Part shown: positions 9,742 to 18,504 of the stretch, piece after piece
How positions within the stretch are numbered: position 1 is the first letter of the stretch
How the letters are laid out: each line of letters begins with the position of its first letter
Virus genome (UHGV): UHGV-0131723
Strand: one strand, 5' to 3'
DNA length: 41,571 nucleotides
Source of the DNA: a virus
The notes under the pieces: model-generated
The model's database searches: none
Seen by the model: only the letters and a program-made list of their open reading frames with translations
What the model was told of the DNA's origin: nothing
Program-made: the position numbers and the translations under genes

Positions 9742-9771
9742 TTGACAAGGGGCTTCAAAGCCCCTTAAAAT
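9742..9771 (+). promoter_or_regulatory. Sigma70-like promoter with hairpin in spacer
   Basis: TTGACA-N18-TAAAAT; AAGGGGC..GCCCCTT hairpin lies in the spacer. Confidence 0.45.
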
Positions 9772-9815
9772 AGCATCACAAAATGATTTATTAACTAACA
9801 AGAGAGAGTAATAAG

Positions 9816-10925
9816 ATGACTACTAAAACTAAAGCACAGATTGACGCAGAAATTTACAAACTGGTTAAAGAAGGTAAGCTGACTAAAACAGCTATTGCAC
9901 AGAAATTTAATACTTCAACCCGTTCAGTCGGTCGTGCTGTAGAGCGTCATGAAGCAACCTTAAAAGGGAATAAGAAGGCAACTTCTACACCAGCTACGAA
10001 GACTTTGAAACAAGTTGCTAAGACCTTTAAGAAGAAAGCTGGAAAACCAGTTGAAAAGGTAGTTAAAGACGCTGTACAGAAAGCTCCAGTAAATAAACTG
10101 CACGAAGCTATGCAGAAAGATGACAAGATTGAGTACATGATTACTGGTGATTCTGTAATTATGACTTATGGTTCAGAATCTGAAATTGTTGAGTCTACTC
10201 ATCCGAACTATCAAGAGATTGTAGTTCATGTTGTGAAAGGTGAGTTCAAGAAAGCCTTTGAACTGATGAACATTCGTAAGTCTATCGAAAACTTCACTCA
10301 GGGTGCTATCACAATCAAAGGTGACAAGCTATTCTACGGTGCTGTTGAGATGCGTTCTACTCTGGTTGACCGTATTCTTCACATGATGAAAACTGGCGAT
10401 AAAGGTTTTGAACGACTTGTAATGTTCTTCGAAAAACTGATGGAAAACCCATCTAAAGATTCTGTAGAACAACTTTGGGGATTTGTATCTCACCTTGATG
10501 TTGAAATTGATGGAGAAGGCTACATCATTGGTTGGAAGAAAGTCTCTACTCGTGAAGGTAAGCTGGTTGACTCCCACACCTACAAAGTTCCTAACGATTT
10601 GGGTAACATTGTAGAGATGCCACGTTGGATGGTTGATAATAACCGTAACGTGACTTGCTCTCAAGGTCTTCATGTTGGTGCTTGGGATTATGTTCGTAGC
10701 TTCTCAGGTGATACAATCCTGAAAGTTCGTGTCCACCCACGAGATGTTGTATCTGTTCCAACTGATTACAATGATATGAAAATGCGTTCATCACGTTATG
10801 AAGTTGCAGCTATCGTTGATAGCCAGCGTAATGTTCTGAAAGCATGGGATGGCAAGACTGAAGCTCTACATGTTATCGTTGGTACTGCTGGCGAACTTAT
10901 TTCTCAGCATAAACGTGAAATCTAA
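9816..10925 (+). CDS. rIIB: rIIB-like protein
   Basis: MRSTLVDRILHMMKTGD and KVRVHPRDVVSVPTDYNDMKMRSSRYEV match T4 rIIB motifs as recalled; directly downstream of rIIA. Confidence 0.85.
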   Translation: MTTKTKAQIDAEIYKLVKEGKLTKTAIAQKFNTSTRSVGRAVERHEATLKGNKKATSTPATKTLKQVAKTFKKKAGKPVEKVVKDAVQKAPVNKLHEAMQKDDKIEYMITGDSVIMTYGSESEIVESTHPNYQEIVVHVVKGEFKKAFELMNIRKSIENFTQGAITIKGDKLFYGAVEMRSTLVDRILHMMKTGDKGFERLVMFFEKLMENPSKDSVEQLWGFVSHLDVEIDGEGYIIGWKKVSTREGKLVDSHTYKVPNDLGNIVEMPRWMVDNNRNVTCSQGLHVGAWDYVRSFSGDTILKVRVHPRDVVSVPTDYNDMKMRSSRYEVAAIVDSQRNVLKAWDGKTEALHVIVGTAGELISQHKREI

Positions 10926-10941
10926 TAAGTAATTCTCTTAA

Positions 10942-10966
10942 AAGGCTGCTTCGGCGGCCTTTTTTA
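10942..10966 (+). terminator. Rho-independent terminator
   Basis: GGCTGC-TTCG-GCGGCC followed by TTTTTT. Confidence 0.65.
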
Positions 10967-10967
10967 T

Positions 10968-11003
10968 TTGTATTTTGTGCAGAGTGCTGTATAATTGTTG
11001 TCA
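10968..11003 (+). promoter_or_regulatory. Putative promoter
   Basis: TTGTAT-N16-TATAAT; contains TTTGTGCAG motif also repeated at 15.2 kb. Confidence 0.4.
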
Positions 11004-11026
11004 CGATAAACTAAACAGGAGAACCA

Positions 11027-11575
11027 ATGAAGAAATTGATTCTAGGTTTGTGCTTAATGTTTACAGCACACTTATCTTATGCAGTTGACTGCCCAGAGCT
11101 ATCAATTAGCCAAAAAGTGAACATGTTAAAAGCTTACCAGTATGGTGAGAATAACATGGGTAAAGGTTGGGGTATCACTCTAGCAGCTATAGCCTTACAA
11201 GAGTCAGAGTTAGGTCTGAAGGTAGAGAATAAAAAGACACATGATTACGGTATTTTCCAGAATCACTTGAAGACTGTTGTAAAGCGTAACAAAATTAGTC
11301 CTAATGTTGCTAAAAAGAAACTCTTAAAAGATTTTGACTATGCCGCAAAAGAAACACATAAAGAGCTTGAGTTTTGGACGAAGGTACATGGTCACCCAAA
11401 GTCAAAGAAGACTTTACAAAAAGTTTTAGCATCATATAATGCTGGGTATTCGTACAGAATCCCTAAAGCTAAGAAATACTCTCAAGATGTCTATAACAAT
11501 ATGAAAGTTATCGCTCAATGTGAATTTGCAACAAACATTTCTAAGGTAAATCATGAAAAAATTAAGAAAGTCTGA
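11027..11575 (+). CDS. Hypothetical secreted protein
   Basis: N-terminal signal-peptide-like MKKLILGLCLMFTAHLSYA. Confidence 0.55.
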   Translation: MKKLILGLCLMFTAHLSYAVDCPELSISQKVNMLKAYQYGENNMGKGWGITLAAIALQESELGLKVENKKTHDYGIFQNHLKTVVKRNKISPNVAKKKLLKDFDYAAKETHKELEFWTKVHGHPKSKKTLQKVLASYNAGYSYRIPKAKKYSQDVYNNMKVIAQCEFATNISKVNHEKIKKV

Positions 11576-12248
11576 TGAAGTCCTGTGCCACGCTTATGAC
11601 TTGCATCCTCATGAGTTAGGTCTTGATTCCTGCGTATGGACTCCAGAACAGTGCAGGGATTTTGAAGACACTGCAAGAGAAGTTGTATGTTCACTTGAAG
11701 AGTTCCACACACCAGAACCAATTGTGAACGTTGTGGACAAAGAGACTGGACAAATTATAGGTGTAAGGCGTGATAGTTTAGTGATAGTCAATAAAGACCT
11801 TGTAGAAAAAGGTAACCTCATCTTAGCAGATATTGATGGTGTTCTTACAAATTTTAATCACGAAGATTGCTCAACGGAATTGACTGATGGGTCATTCTCA
11901 CAGTACACTAATCTTCTTGATTCTGTAAGAGCAAAACCAACATATGTTTTCAACATTATTGATGCAATTGCAAATCATGCAGCAGTTGGACTCTTGACAG
12001 CAAGAGGTGAATCTCAGAGAATACCTACTGAGATGTTTTTAAGGCACAATATAGAGCATGATTACTTGCTTTTTATGCGTGGTTTTGGAACTAACTCTAT
12101 AAGTGCAGAAAGTTTGAAAGTGAGGATGATTCAGTCTTGCATTCTTCCTTACTTTAATATAGTATGCTTTATAGAAGATACAGAGAAGAATGTTCAGAAG
12201 GTAAACAGAATCCTTCCACACATTAAAACCATGTTAGTTAAACATTGA
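11553..12248 (+). CDS. Hypothetical protein, possible HAD-like phosphatase
   Basis: LILADIDGVLTNF resembles HAD motif I (DxDG[TV]); weak. Confidence 0.4.
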   Translation: MKKLRKSDEVLCHAYDLHPHELGLDSCVWTPEQCRDFEDTAREVVCSLEEFHTPEPIVNVVDKETGQIIGVRRDSLVIVNKDLVEKGNLILADIDGVLTNFNHEDCSTELTDGSFSQYTNLLDSVRAKPTYVFNIIDAIANHAAVGLLTARGESQRIPTEMFLRHNIEHDYLLFMRGFGTNSISAESLKVRMIQSCILPYFNIVCFIEDTEKNVQKVNRILPHIKTMLVKH

Positions 12249-12259
12249 GAGAAGAACTT

Positions 12260-12724
12260 ATGAACAATATCATTACGGTAGCACTGGACGATACGGCAAA
12301 CAAATCTGAAGTAGTTCGTAAAATGATTCAAGGTAACTTTGAAGGTAAAATTTTCCGTGCTGTTAATGTAAAAGCTGATGGCAGCATTCGTGAATATCGT
12401 GCATTGTTGAACGTTAAGAAGCACGTAAAAGGTGTTGGTTCAACGACTGCACACAAAGAAAACCTGATGACTATCTATGATATGGGTAAGGCTTCAGAGT
12501 TAGGTGCTGAAGGTATCGTTAAAGAAGGTGCTCCGTATCGCTCTTTCAATCTGGAAACTACCCTTATGCTTTCCTTTACAAGTGGTTCCAAAACAATCAC
12601 TTATCTCTTTACTGATGCTGCAACGGTATCTGCTATTAAGGATAGCACTGTCAAAGCTGGCGTAGTTGCTGCTGCAAAAGCTTCTTCGATGGCTGCGAAT
12701 ATCCTTGCTAAAGTCCTCGGTTAA
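12260..12724 (+). CDS. Hypothetical protein
   Basis: ORF-track TTG start replaced by ATG at 12260 after GAGAGAAG RBS. Confidence 0.5.
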   Translation: MNNIITVALDDTANKSEVVRKMIQGNFEGKIFRAVNVKADGSIREYRALLNVKKHVKGVGSTTAHKENLMTIYDMGKASELGAEGIVKEGAPYRSFNLETTLMLSFTSGSKTITYLFTDAATVSAIKDSTVKAGVVAAAKASSMAANILAKVLG

Positions 12725-12732
12725 GGTTAAGA

Positions 12733-12758
12733 TACAGGCTCCTTCGGGAGCCTTTTTC
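12733..12758 (+). terminator. Rho-independent terminator
   Basis: GGCTCC-TTCG-GGAGCC followed by TTTTT. Confidence 0.65.
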
Positions 12759-12776
12759 ATTTCAGGAGATTGTTAA

Positions 12777-13124
12777 ATGACATTTAAAGAGTTCTGTCAA
12801 GCTACTTTCATAATTGTTTTCTTAGTTGGGACAGGTGTCTGGGGAGGATACTCTTACAGAGACTACCAAGTTGCTGAAACTGAGCTAAATAATGAGAAAC
12901 TAATAAGTGTTGCCAAAGATGCTTATCAGGAAGGTTTAGCCACACTCAGCACCAATTACAAAAATGATTTGAAAGATGTGCTTGCTAAGAATAAGCACAC
13001 AAAAGAGGTACTAACGTATGAAAAAACTAAGCCAGAGTTTTATAATGTTTGTGTTACTGATAATTATGTCAGGGTGTTCAACGAACAAAGTGAACAGTAC
13101 ATTCAAAAACTCCCAAGTAAGTGA
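12777..13124 (+). CDS. Putative i-spanin (Rz-like)
   Basis: N-terminal TM helix then charged helical periplasmic region; GGAG RBS; overlapped by a lipoprotein ORF in another frame. Confidence 0.5.
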   Translation: MTFKEFCQATFIIVFLVGTGVWGGYSYRDYQVAETELNNEKLISVAKDAYQEGLATLSTNYKNDLKDVLAKNKHTKEVLTYEKTKPEFYNVCVTDNYVRVFNEQSEQYIQKLPSK

Positions 13125-13287
13125 GAGTGATAAGTACACTCAAGAAGATTCAAGATTTACTATCAAAGGTAATACTGGTAGTGATGTGGCAGCAGCCCTT
13201 GAGTTCTATCGTGATGGATTTTACCAGTGTACAATTAAAGCTAATAACCTTATTGACATGATTTTATTAGGGAATAAGCAGCAATGA
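13018..13287 (+). CDS. Putative o-spanin (Rz1-like lipoprotein)
   Basis: Signal peptide ending in lipobox-like IMSGC; start embedded out of frame in the 3' end of 12777..13124. Confidence 0.45.
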   Translation: MKKLSQSFIMFVLLIIMSGCSTNKVNSTFKNSQVSESDKYTQEDSRFTIKGNTGSDVAAALEFYRDGFYQCTIKANNLIDMILLGNKQQ

Positions 13288-13553
13288 CAGAGAATCAAGA
13301 CACTTTCTATGTAGAAGGTTACTTACTGTTGCCACGACCAAAAGAAACTTATATGCGAATCGATTTCTTACCAACCATTATGGATAATGTGATGTGTCAT
13401 ATCTTTATGCAAGGTGTCACAGCACAGCTTAAGCATGTTGGTAAAGATTGCAAAATAAAGGTTGACACTCATCCAGAAATCAAAGAGAATCACTACACAT
13501 GGTTCTTACCAGATTCTAAAGAAATCTTAGCAGTTCTTAAAACGAGGAAGTGA
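13284..13553 (+). CDS. Hypothetical protein
   Basis: ORF track; ATGA overlap. Confidence 0.45.
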   Translation: MTENQDTFYVEGYLLLPRPKETYMRIDFLPTIMDNVMCHIFMQGVTAQLKHVGKDCKIKVDTHPEIKENHYTWFLPDSKEILAVLKTRK

Positions 13554-13555
13554 CT

Positions 13556-13879
13556 ATGCAGATTAATGGAAGAGACTTTGTAGCCGTTTACTACGAGAAA
13601 GATAAAGAAGTTGGCGTAGCACAAGTATCTTATGGCAATGGTAAGTGGTTGTATGGGACAATCGCAGTAGTTGGAACAAGAAGTGATACAAAAACTTTTA
13701 AAGATTGTGTTGACCTTCTTGAAGAATCCATCCAGAATCATTGGTGTCTGATATGGATGACTGACAACGAAGTGATAGAACGTTTCAAAAAGATTGATAT
13801 CAACATTGACAGTATTGAGCATGTTGATTTATATGAGCTAACTGAGAAGGTAAACTATGAAAGCTCTAGAGGTAATTGA
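13556..13879 (+). CDS. Hypothetical protein
   Basis: ORF track 13550 (GTG) trimmed to ATG at 13556. Confidence 0.45.
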   Translation: MQINGRDFVAVYYEKDKEVGVAQVSYGNGKWLYGTIAVVGTRSDTKTFKDCVDLLEESIQNHWCLIWMTDNEVIERFKKIDINIDSIEHVDLYELTEKVNYESSRGN

Positions 13880-14084
13880 TAAAGACACTGGAGAAGTTAC
13901 ATCAGCATGTGTTTTCGTTAGTGACGACACAGTGATACCGTTTTACAATCTCGATAACTTTAGTTTCACAGGGATAACTCCAGAAGAATACTTTGAAGAC
14001 CTCACCTTTGCCAGAATTTCTATAGATACATTTTATAAATGCTTCTATGATGAAGGCAAAGAATTACGAGAAACTGAACTATAA
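13857..14084 (+). CDS. Hypothetical protein
   Basis: ORF track. Confidence 0.45.
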   Translation: MKALEVIDKDTGEVTSACVFVSDDTVIPFYNLDNFSFTGITPEEYFEDLTFARISIDTFYKCFYDEGKELRETEL

Positions 14085-14096
14085 GGTGTATATTAT

Positions 14097-14297
14097 ATGG
14101 CTGACTTCTGCAAAGACTGTTCTATCGAAATGTTCGGACGTGATACAGGTGACTTAAAAGGTCTTATCACTGAAGATGACTTTAAAGCTGGCTATGCAAT
14201 GCCAGTAATCTGTGAAGGTTGCGGGTGTATCTGGGTAGACCACGAAGGACAACGTGTAAAACCTTCAGAAGATAAAGAATCTTGGGAGAGATGTTAA
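14097..14297 (+). CDS. Hypothetical small Cys-rich protein
   Basis: CKDC...CEGCGC suggests a Cys4 zinc ribbon. Confidence 0.45.
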   Translation: MADFCKDCSIEMFGRDTGDLKGLITEDDFKAGYAMPVICEGCGCIWVDHEGQRVKPSEDKESWERC

Positions 14298-15077
14298 ATG
14301 GGTATTGTAAAAGTTGTAAAAGGTAACTTACTGGCTGCCTTCAAAAACACAGATATTGAGTTAATTGCTCATGGTTGCAACTGTCGTAACCTCATGGGTG
14401 CTGGAATCGCTCAAAAAATTGCTAAGATTTTCCCAAAAGCTGAAGAAGCTGACCGGAAATTCCATAAAAAGTTTGGCTACAGTGCTCATGATATCGGATA
14501 CCAGATGGTTGGTGAGGTGTCACATGCTCGAACGGAGTATGGTTACATTTTTAACCTATATACACAGTTGGATGTTGGGAAGTGTGCATCATACCGATAC
14601 TTAGTGGAGTCACTAGAAAAACTCCGTAAATTTTGCTGGCTGCACAACATTCGTAAGATTGGTTTACCCATGATTGGGGCAGGTATAGGCGGTTTAGATG
14701 CACAAGCTGTGAAAAGCCTCATTAATAGTGTTATGTATAACGTTGATGTGTACCTCTACGTCTATGATGAAGCAATGGCAAGTGTAGTTACCCCTAAGTA
14801 TGCTACCTCAGCACCACAATTCTATGATGGTGTCGTGCTAAGTGACGGGAAGACTAATCAAGTTACCCTCTATCAGCTTGTTGATGGCAAGGTTGAGGTT
14901 AGTTACCCTCTGGTTAGTGAGATGGGTATGTGTAACAGTGAAATGTTCCCAGTTGACCCGTTTGGAAGATATGAAGGGGTGTTCTTTGATAACTACCCAG
15001 CAGCATACATCTACACAACAAATCAGGATGAAGTTCACTACTTGCTGTATTCTAAAAAGTTCAAATTCATAAGCTGA
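14298..15077 (+). CDS. Macro-domain-like protein (possible ADP-ribose binding/processing)
   Basis: N-terminal IAHGCNCRNLMGAGIAQ resembles the macro-domain glycine-rich ADP-ribose loop; assignment by memory only. Confidence 0.5.
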   Translation: MGIVKVVKGNLLAAFKNTDIELIAHGCNCRNLMGAGIAQKIAKIFPKAEEADRKFHKKFGYSAHDIGYQMVGEVSHARTEYGYIFNLYTQLDVGKCASYRYLVESLEKLRKFCWLHNIRKIGLPMIGAGIGGLDAQAVKSLINSVMYNVDVYLYVYDEAMASVVTPKYATSAPQFYDGVVLSDGKTNQVTLYQLVDGKVEVSYPLVSEMGMCNSEMFPVDPFGRYEGVFFDNYPAAYIYTTNQDEVHYLLYSKKFKFIS

Positions 15078-15111
15078 TTAGCACTTCATAGTATCTACAA
15101 ATCATCTAAGA

Positions 15112-15157
15112 AGGCTGCCTAACCCATTGAAAAATTTAAGGTAAGGCGGCCTTTTTC
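15112..15157 (+). terminator. Putative terminator
   Basis: AGGCTGCC...GGCGGCCT stem with long loop, followed by TTTTT. Confidence 0.45.
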
Positions 15158-15300
15158 ATTTTCAATTTGTGCAGGTATCTGTAGGGGTCTGTACAGATAT
15201 CCCAAAAAATCTCATCGCCGGATAGAAAAATCATTTTCAAAACGTGCAGACCCCGCTCAGGTCGGGCAAGAAAAATCATTTTAGAATTGTGCAGGTAGGT
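15157..15300 (+). repeat. Three copies of TCATTTT-N6-8-(T/C)GTGCAG(G/A) motif
   Basis: cattttcaatttgtgcagg, atcattttcaaaacgtgcaga, atcattttagaattgtgcagg; related copy at 10970-10982. Confidence 0.5.
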
Positions 15301-15317
15301 TTTTATAGAGAGCCAGA

Positions 15318-15352
15318 CCAACCCCTCTCCCCCTCTTACTCCCCCTCTCCCT
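15318..15352 (+). repeat. Polypyrimidine C-rich tract
   Basis: cccctctccccctcttactccccctctccct; atypical for this AT-rich genome. Confidence 0.6.
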
Positions 15353-15474
15353 AAAAGTCAAGAGAAAAATTTGTAGCGGATTGAAAAATAATTCTTGATT
15401 TGTGTTCTGTTTTGTGGTAGTCGTGTGCGCCCGTTTCATTACAGTTTTGCCAAAAATATTTTTAAAATTTTTCT

Positions 15475-15565
15475 TGACTCTTTGAGTGTGGTTATCTAAT
15501 ATTTGCATCAACGGGGAGGGAATGACCTTCCCCACTAAATAAAGTCCTAAACTGGGGATTCAAAA
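15475..15565 (+). promoter_or_regulatory. Type A cassette: promoter + 5' hairpin + RBS
   Basis: TTGACT-N17-TAATAT, then ATCAACGGGGAGGGAATGACCTTCCCCACTAAATAAAGTCCTAAACTGGGGATTC before ATG. Confidence 0.6.
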
Positions 15566-15949
15566 ATGGCTTATCGTGCACCTAAATTCATCAACAAAGA
15601 CAACTTTCGCAACGCACTGGAGAAGTCACTTGATGCAAATTTTAAAGGTAACATTATCATTGTTCACGCATTCAATTTTAAGTATGATGTAAACGGGAAT
15701 AGAATCAACCATTACACGGCAACCATGTTAGATGGTACTCTTTCAAGTGAAAAAGCCATTTTACATGCACTTGCTGGACGTGGTAAAAACCTGATAAAAT
15801 GTGATAAGAGACGTTATCAGGGTGGCGCATATGGTTATGATGATGCTGTTTATCATCTTGAAAATATGGGCTATAAAGTAGAAAAAGCTGGAGTGTCTCA
15901 AATAATCGGTAGTGATGGTTATGTAACTATCTTCAAAATTAACAAATAA
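15566..15949 (+). CDS. Hypothetical small protein (cassette array)
   Basis: ORF track; ATG after cassette RBS; C-terminus ...KINK*. Confidence 0.55.
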   Translation: MAYRAPKFINKDNFRNALEKSLDANFKGNIIIVHAFNFKYDVNGNRINHYTATMLDGTLSSEKAILHALAGRGKNLIKCDKRRYQGGAYGYDDAVYHLENMGYKVEKAGVSQIIGSDGYVTIFKINK

Positions 15950-16035
15950 AGTACTTTACAAGGGGCTTATAGTTCGATAAAGTAAGCCCCAGATAAAGAG
16001 CTTTACCACTAAATCCTAAATTGGAGAACTTAAAA
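15950..16035 (+). promoter_or_regulatory. Type B cassette: post-stop stem-loop + conserved RBS
   Basis: AAGTACTTTACA, hairpin GGGGCTTATAGTTCGATAAAGTAAGCCCC, then AGATAAAGAGCTTTACCACTAAATCCTAAATTGGAGA. Confidence 0.6.
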
Positions 16036-16329
16036 ATGGCTATTATCAAAAACGTTGTAATTACTGCAAAGACTCGTGATGACGCTCGCGTTATGGCTAA
16101 AAAGTTATGCGGGAAAGTGGTTGACAATGGAAAACAATCTGCTGTAAGGTGGGGCGTGAAGGTTGATAAACAGTTGAAGTTAAAAAATTCACCGATAAAC
16201 CTTTTTACATGTGTAAACACTATCGGGAAGACAAATGTATACACGAAAAAGGCATACATTAGACGCGTAGCATTAACATCCCCCATTCGTACAATGAGAA
16301 GTTATGCAAAGCTGAAAATTAACAAATAA
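16036..16329 (+). CDS. Hypothetical small protein (cassette array)
   Basis: ORF-track TTG start replaced by ATG at 16036 after GGAGA RBS; C-terminus ...KINK*. Confidence 0.55.
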   Translation: MAIIKNVVITAKTRDDARVMAKKLCGKVVDNGKQSAVRWGVKVDKQLKLKNSPINLFTCVNTIGKTNVYTKKAYIRRVALTSPIRTMRSYAKLKINK

Positions 16330-16416
16330 AGTACTTTACAGGGGGCTTAAAAGTTGATATCTTAAGCCCCAGATAAAGAGCTTTACCACTCAATCCTTAA
16401 ACTAGGAGATTCAAAA
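16330..16416 (+). promoter_or_regulatory. Type B cassette
   Basis: Hairpin GGGGCTTAAAAGTTGATATCTTAAGCCCC + AGATAAAGAGCTTTACCACTCAATCCTTAAACTAGGAGA. Confidence 0.6.
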
Positions 16417-16929
16417 ATGAAAACTGTAGACGCTACCTTTGAAGTTGTAAAAGAAAAATTCACCATTATTTACGAAGCTGTCAATTGTTATGAAGCAAGC
16501 CATAATCTTGATAATTGGAAGTTTACAGATGACCATCAAGGCGGCGTGACTGTTAAAAATCCTAACTGTCAGCGTAATGAATTTAAATATGCAATCCCTT
16601 TACATTACAGCCTTAAACAGCTTTCAAGTGACTATGCAAAACAAGGCCGTGAGAATCCATCGAAAGAGGCTTACACGAGCTTACAGAAAGAACTAGAAAG
16701 AGATTTAGAGGCTTCAGAGTATAACCTTGCCGCGAAAGTTGTGGATGCAAACGGTAGCACGGTTTTAGAAAGTTTTTATCTTGGTTATGCTTTCGATTGG
16801 TGCTATCGTGACGGCGATGATTTAGAGGATAGACTAAAAGAAGAGGTGAACAACGCAGACGCAGAATCTGAAGTATTAGAACGTTTGGAATCGTTGAAAG
16901 GCTCAGTGATGAATATCTTTAAGAACTAA
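16417..16929 (+). CDS. Hypothetical protein (cassette array)
   Basis: ORF track; cassette RBS. Confidence 0.55.
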   Translation: MKTVDATFEVVKEKFTIIYEAVNCYEASHNLDNWKFTDDHQGGVTVKNPNCQRNEFKYAIPLHYSLKQLSSDYAKQGRENPSKEAYTSLQKELERDLEASEYNLAAKVVDANGSTVLESFYLGYAFDWCYRDGDDLEDRLKEEVNNADAESEVLERLESLKGSVMNIFKN

Positions 16930-17021
16930 ATAGATTTCTTTACACGGGGTTATCAGACTGATAAGATAGCCCCAGATAAAGAGCTTTATTCAAATCAACC
17001 CTTAAACTAGGAGATTCTAAA
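16930..17021 (+). promoter_or_regulatory. Type B cassette (diverged copy)
   Basis: GGGGTTATCAGACTGATAAGATAGCCCC + AGATAAAGAGCTTTATTCAAATCAACCCTTAAACTAGGAGA. Confidence 0.5.
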
Positions 17022-17318
17022 ATGAAATTATCAAATAAAGTCCGTGAAAATTTAAGCAAGTTACTTAATAAAATTGATTTCATTGAAACATCAAGGAATA
17101 GTCATGATGTTATGGAATGGTTACACGGAAAAATCAAAGGCCGTCGTGTAGTGATTTGCTTATGGAACAGTTGCAGGGAGTATAAAAAACCTGTATTGCA
17201 AGTCAATATTTATGATGATACTTTTAAAAGTCCTGTAAAGTCTAAAAGCGATTTATTAGAATCCTATGAGATAACTGTAAATGGCAAAGTATCACGTAAA
17301 GAGGAAACACCATGTTAA
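17022..17318 (+). CDS. Hypothetical small protein (cassette array)
   Basis: ORF track; cassette RBS. Confidence 0.55.
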   Translation: MKLSNKVRENLSKLLNKIDFIETSRNSHDVMEWLHGKIKGRRVVICLWNSCREYKKPVLQVNIYDDTFKSPVKSKSDLLESYEITVNGKVSRKEETPC

Positions 17319-17644
17319 TGACTGGTATCACTGCAATCATTGCCATTTTCGCGCTATATAAGGCATATAAAGCCTATAATCTGGCAAGTAAGGCAATCAC
17401 ACAACAGGTTAATAATAACCTTGTAATGAGCTTTCTAGAGCGTCTCAGTGATGAGCAAATAAAGCGGCTAGAGATGAGCTTCAGATACAAAGCGAAAACC
17501 TATCAGATAAGTGACATCTTCAAAGATGATTTTCAGTTAGTTGATGATTATAATTCTCTGATAAATGCTTTAAATGTCAGTGACTTAAAAGACTACTACG
17601 CTGTAATTGTTCAAGAATTGAGCAAACGAAAACAAAACTGTTGA
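17312..17644 (+). CDS. Hypothetical small membrane protein (cassette array)
   Basis: ORF track; hydrophobic N-terminus; stop overlaps -35 of next cassette. Confidence 0.5.
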   Translation: MLMTGITAIIAIFALYKAYKAYNLASKAITQQVNNNLVMSFLERLSDEQIKRLEMSFRYKAKTYQISDIFKDDFQLVDDYNSLINALNVSDLKDYYAVIVQELSKRKQNC

Positions 17645-17732
17645 CACTGGTTTTTAGATAGATTAAATTACACATCAACGGGGAGGGAATGACCTTCCCC
17701 ACTAAATAAAGTCCTAAACTGGAGATTCCAAA
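17641..17732 (+). promoter_or_regulatory. Type A cassette
   Basis: TTGACA-N17-TAAATT, ACACATCAACGGGGAGGGAATGACCTTCCCC hairpin, GGAG RBS; ~90 bp near-identical to 18505-18597. Confidence 0.65.
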
Positions 17733-18005
17733 ATGTATACTACTAACAACGGTCGTACTTTAAATGTCACACTACGTCACTATGTAGATGGTGTCATGCA
17801 CTTTGAGGATTTACAGGCTGAAACTCATATCTTAGATTGGCAAGTAGCAGGACTCCAAAAAACTGCTACGGGATACGGTAAAAAGATTCCAACCAGTTGG
17901 AAAGTACACTACAAAGGACGTTTGCGCAGAATTTATCAGGATGTGCAAAGCAATAGCGCATCGAGTTACATTATAGTAAAAGGCAAAAAACTGCATTTAA
18001 TGTAA
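17733..18005 (+). CDS. Hypothetical small protein (cassette array)
   Basis: ORF track; cassette RBS. Confidence 0.55.
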   Translation: MYTTNNGRTLNVTLRHYVDGVMHFEDLQAETHILDWQVAGLQKTATGYGKKIPTSWKVHYKGRLRRIYQDVQSNSASSYIIVKGKKLHLM

Positions 18006-18091
18006 AGTACTTTACATGGGGCTTGGGAGTTGATATCTTAAGCCCCAGATAAAGAGCTTTACCACTCAATCCTAAATTGGAGAACTTAAAA
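18006..18091 (+). promoter_or_regulatory. Type B cassette
   Basis: GGGGCTTGGGAGTTGATATCTTAAGCCCC + AGATAAAGAGCTTTACCACTCAATCCTAAATTGGAGA. Confidence 0.6.
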
Positions 18092-18496
18092 ATGGCTATT
18101 AATAACCGTGAATTATCAACCTTAAAAGCACGTTTGACCGTTAATCGAATCAACATTATGACATCATCAGCGCCTGATGAGACACTGCACAACATTATCG
18201 GAAAGATTCAAAGCGTTATTTTAGACGTTGAAAACGTAAAAAGCTCATTGGCTGACGTTGCAGCAGGTATCACGCTAGACGGTGCGCAATATGAAATGAT
18301 TGATATGTTAGGCAAATCAAAGGTAATGAATAAAGAGCTTGATTTAAAGATGTTCCGATTTGCTGTTAAAGTATGGCTATCCGTCGAGTATGACGCTAAT
18401 TTTGCAATCGCTGATTTCTTTGCCACTTGGTTACAACGTAATTTGACAAATCACGATTTTCGTGATGTCTGTGATGCAATTTATGCAGAACTCTAA
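18092..18496 (+). CDS. Hypothetical protein (cassette array)
   Basis: ORF-track TTG start replaced by ATG at 18092. Confidence 0.55.
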   Translation: MAINNRELSTLKARLTVNRINIMTSSAPDETLHNIIGKIQSVILDVENVKSSLADVAAGITLDGAQYEMIDMLGKSKVMNKELDLKMFRFAVKVWLSVEYDANFAIADFFATWLQRNLTNHDFRDVCDAIYAEL

Positions 18497-18504
18497 AAAA
18501 TTTT

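Noticed and set aside
4782-12424. Antisense ORFs inside nadV, rIIA, rIIB, prs and neighbours (e.g. 6171..6698 -, 7825..8007 -, 10329..10673 -, 12194..12424 -)
   Set aside because: They are embedded antisense within well-supported CDSs in a strictly plus-strand block and have no translation signals.
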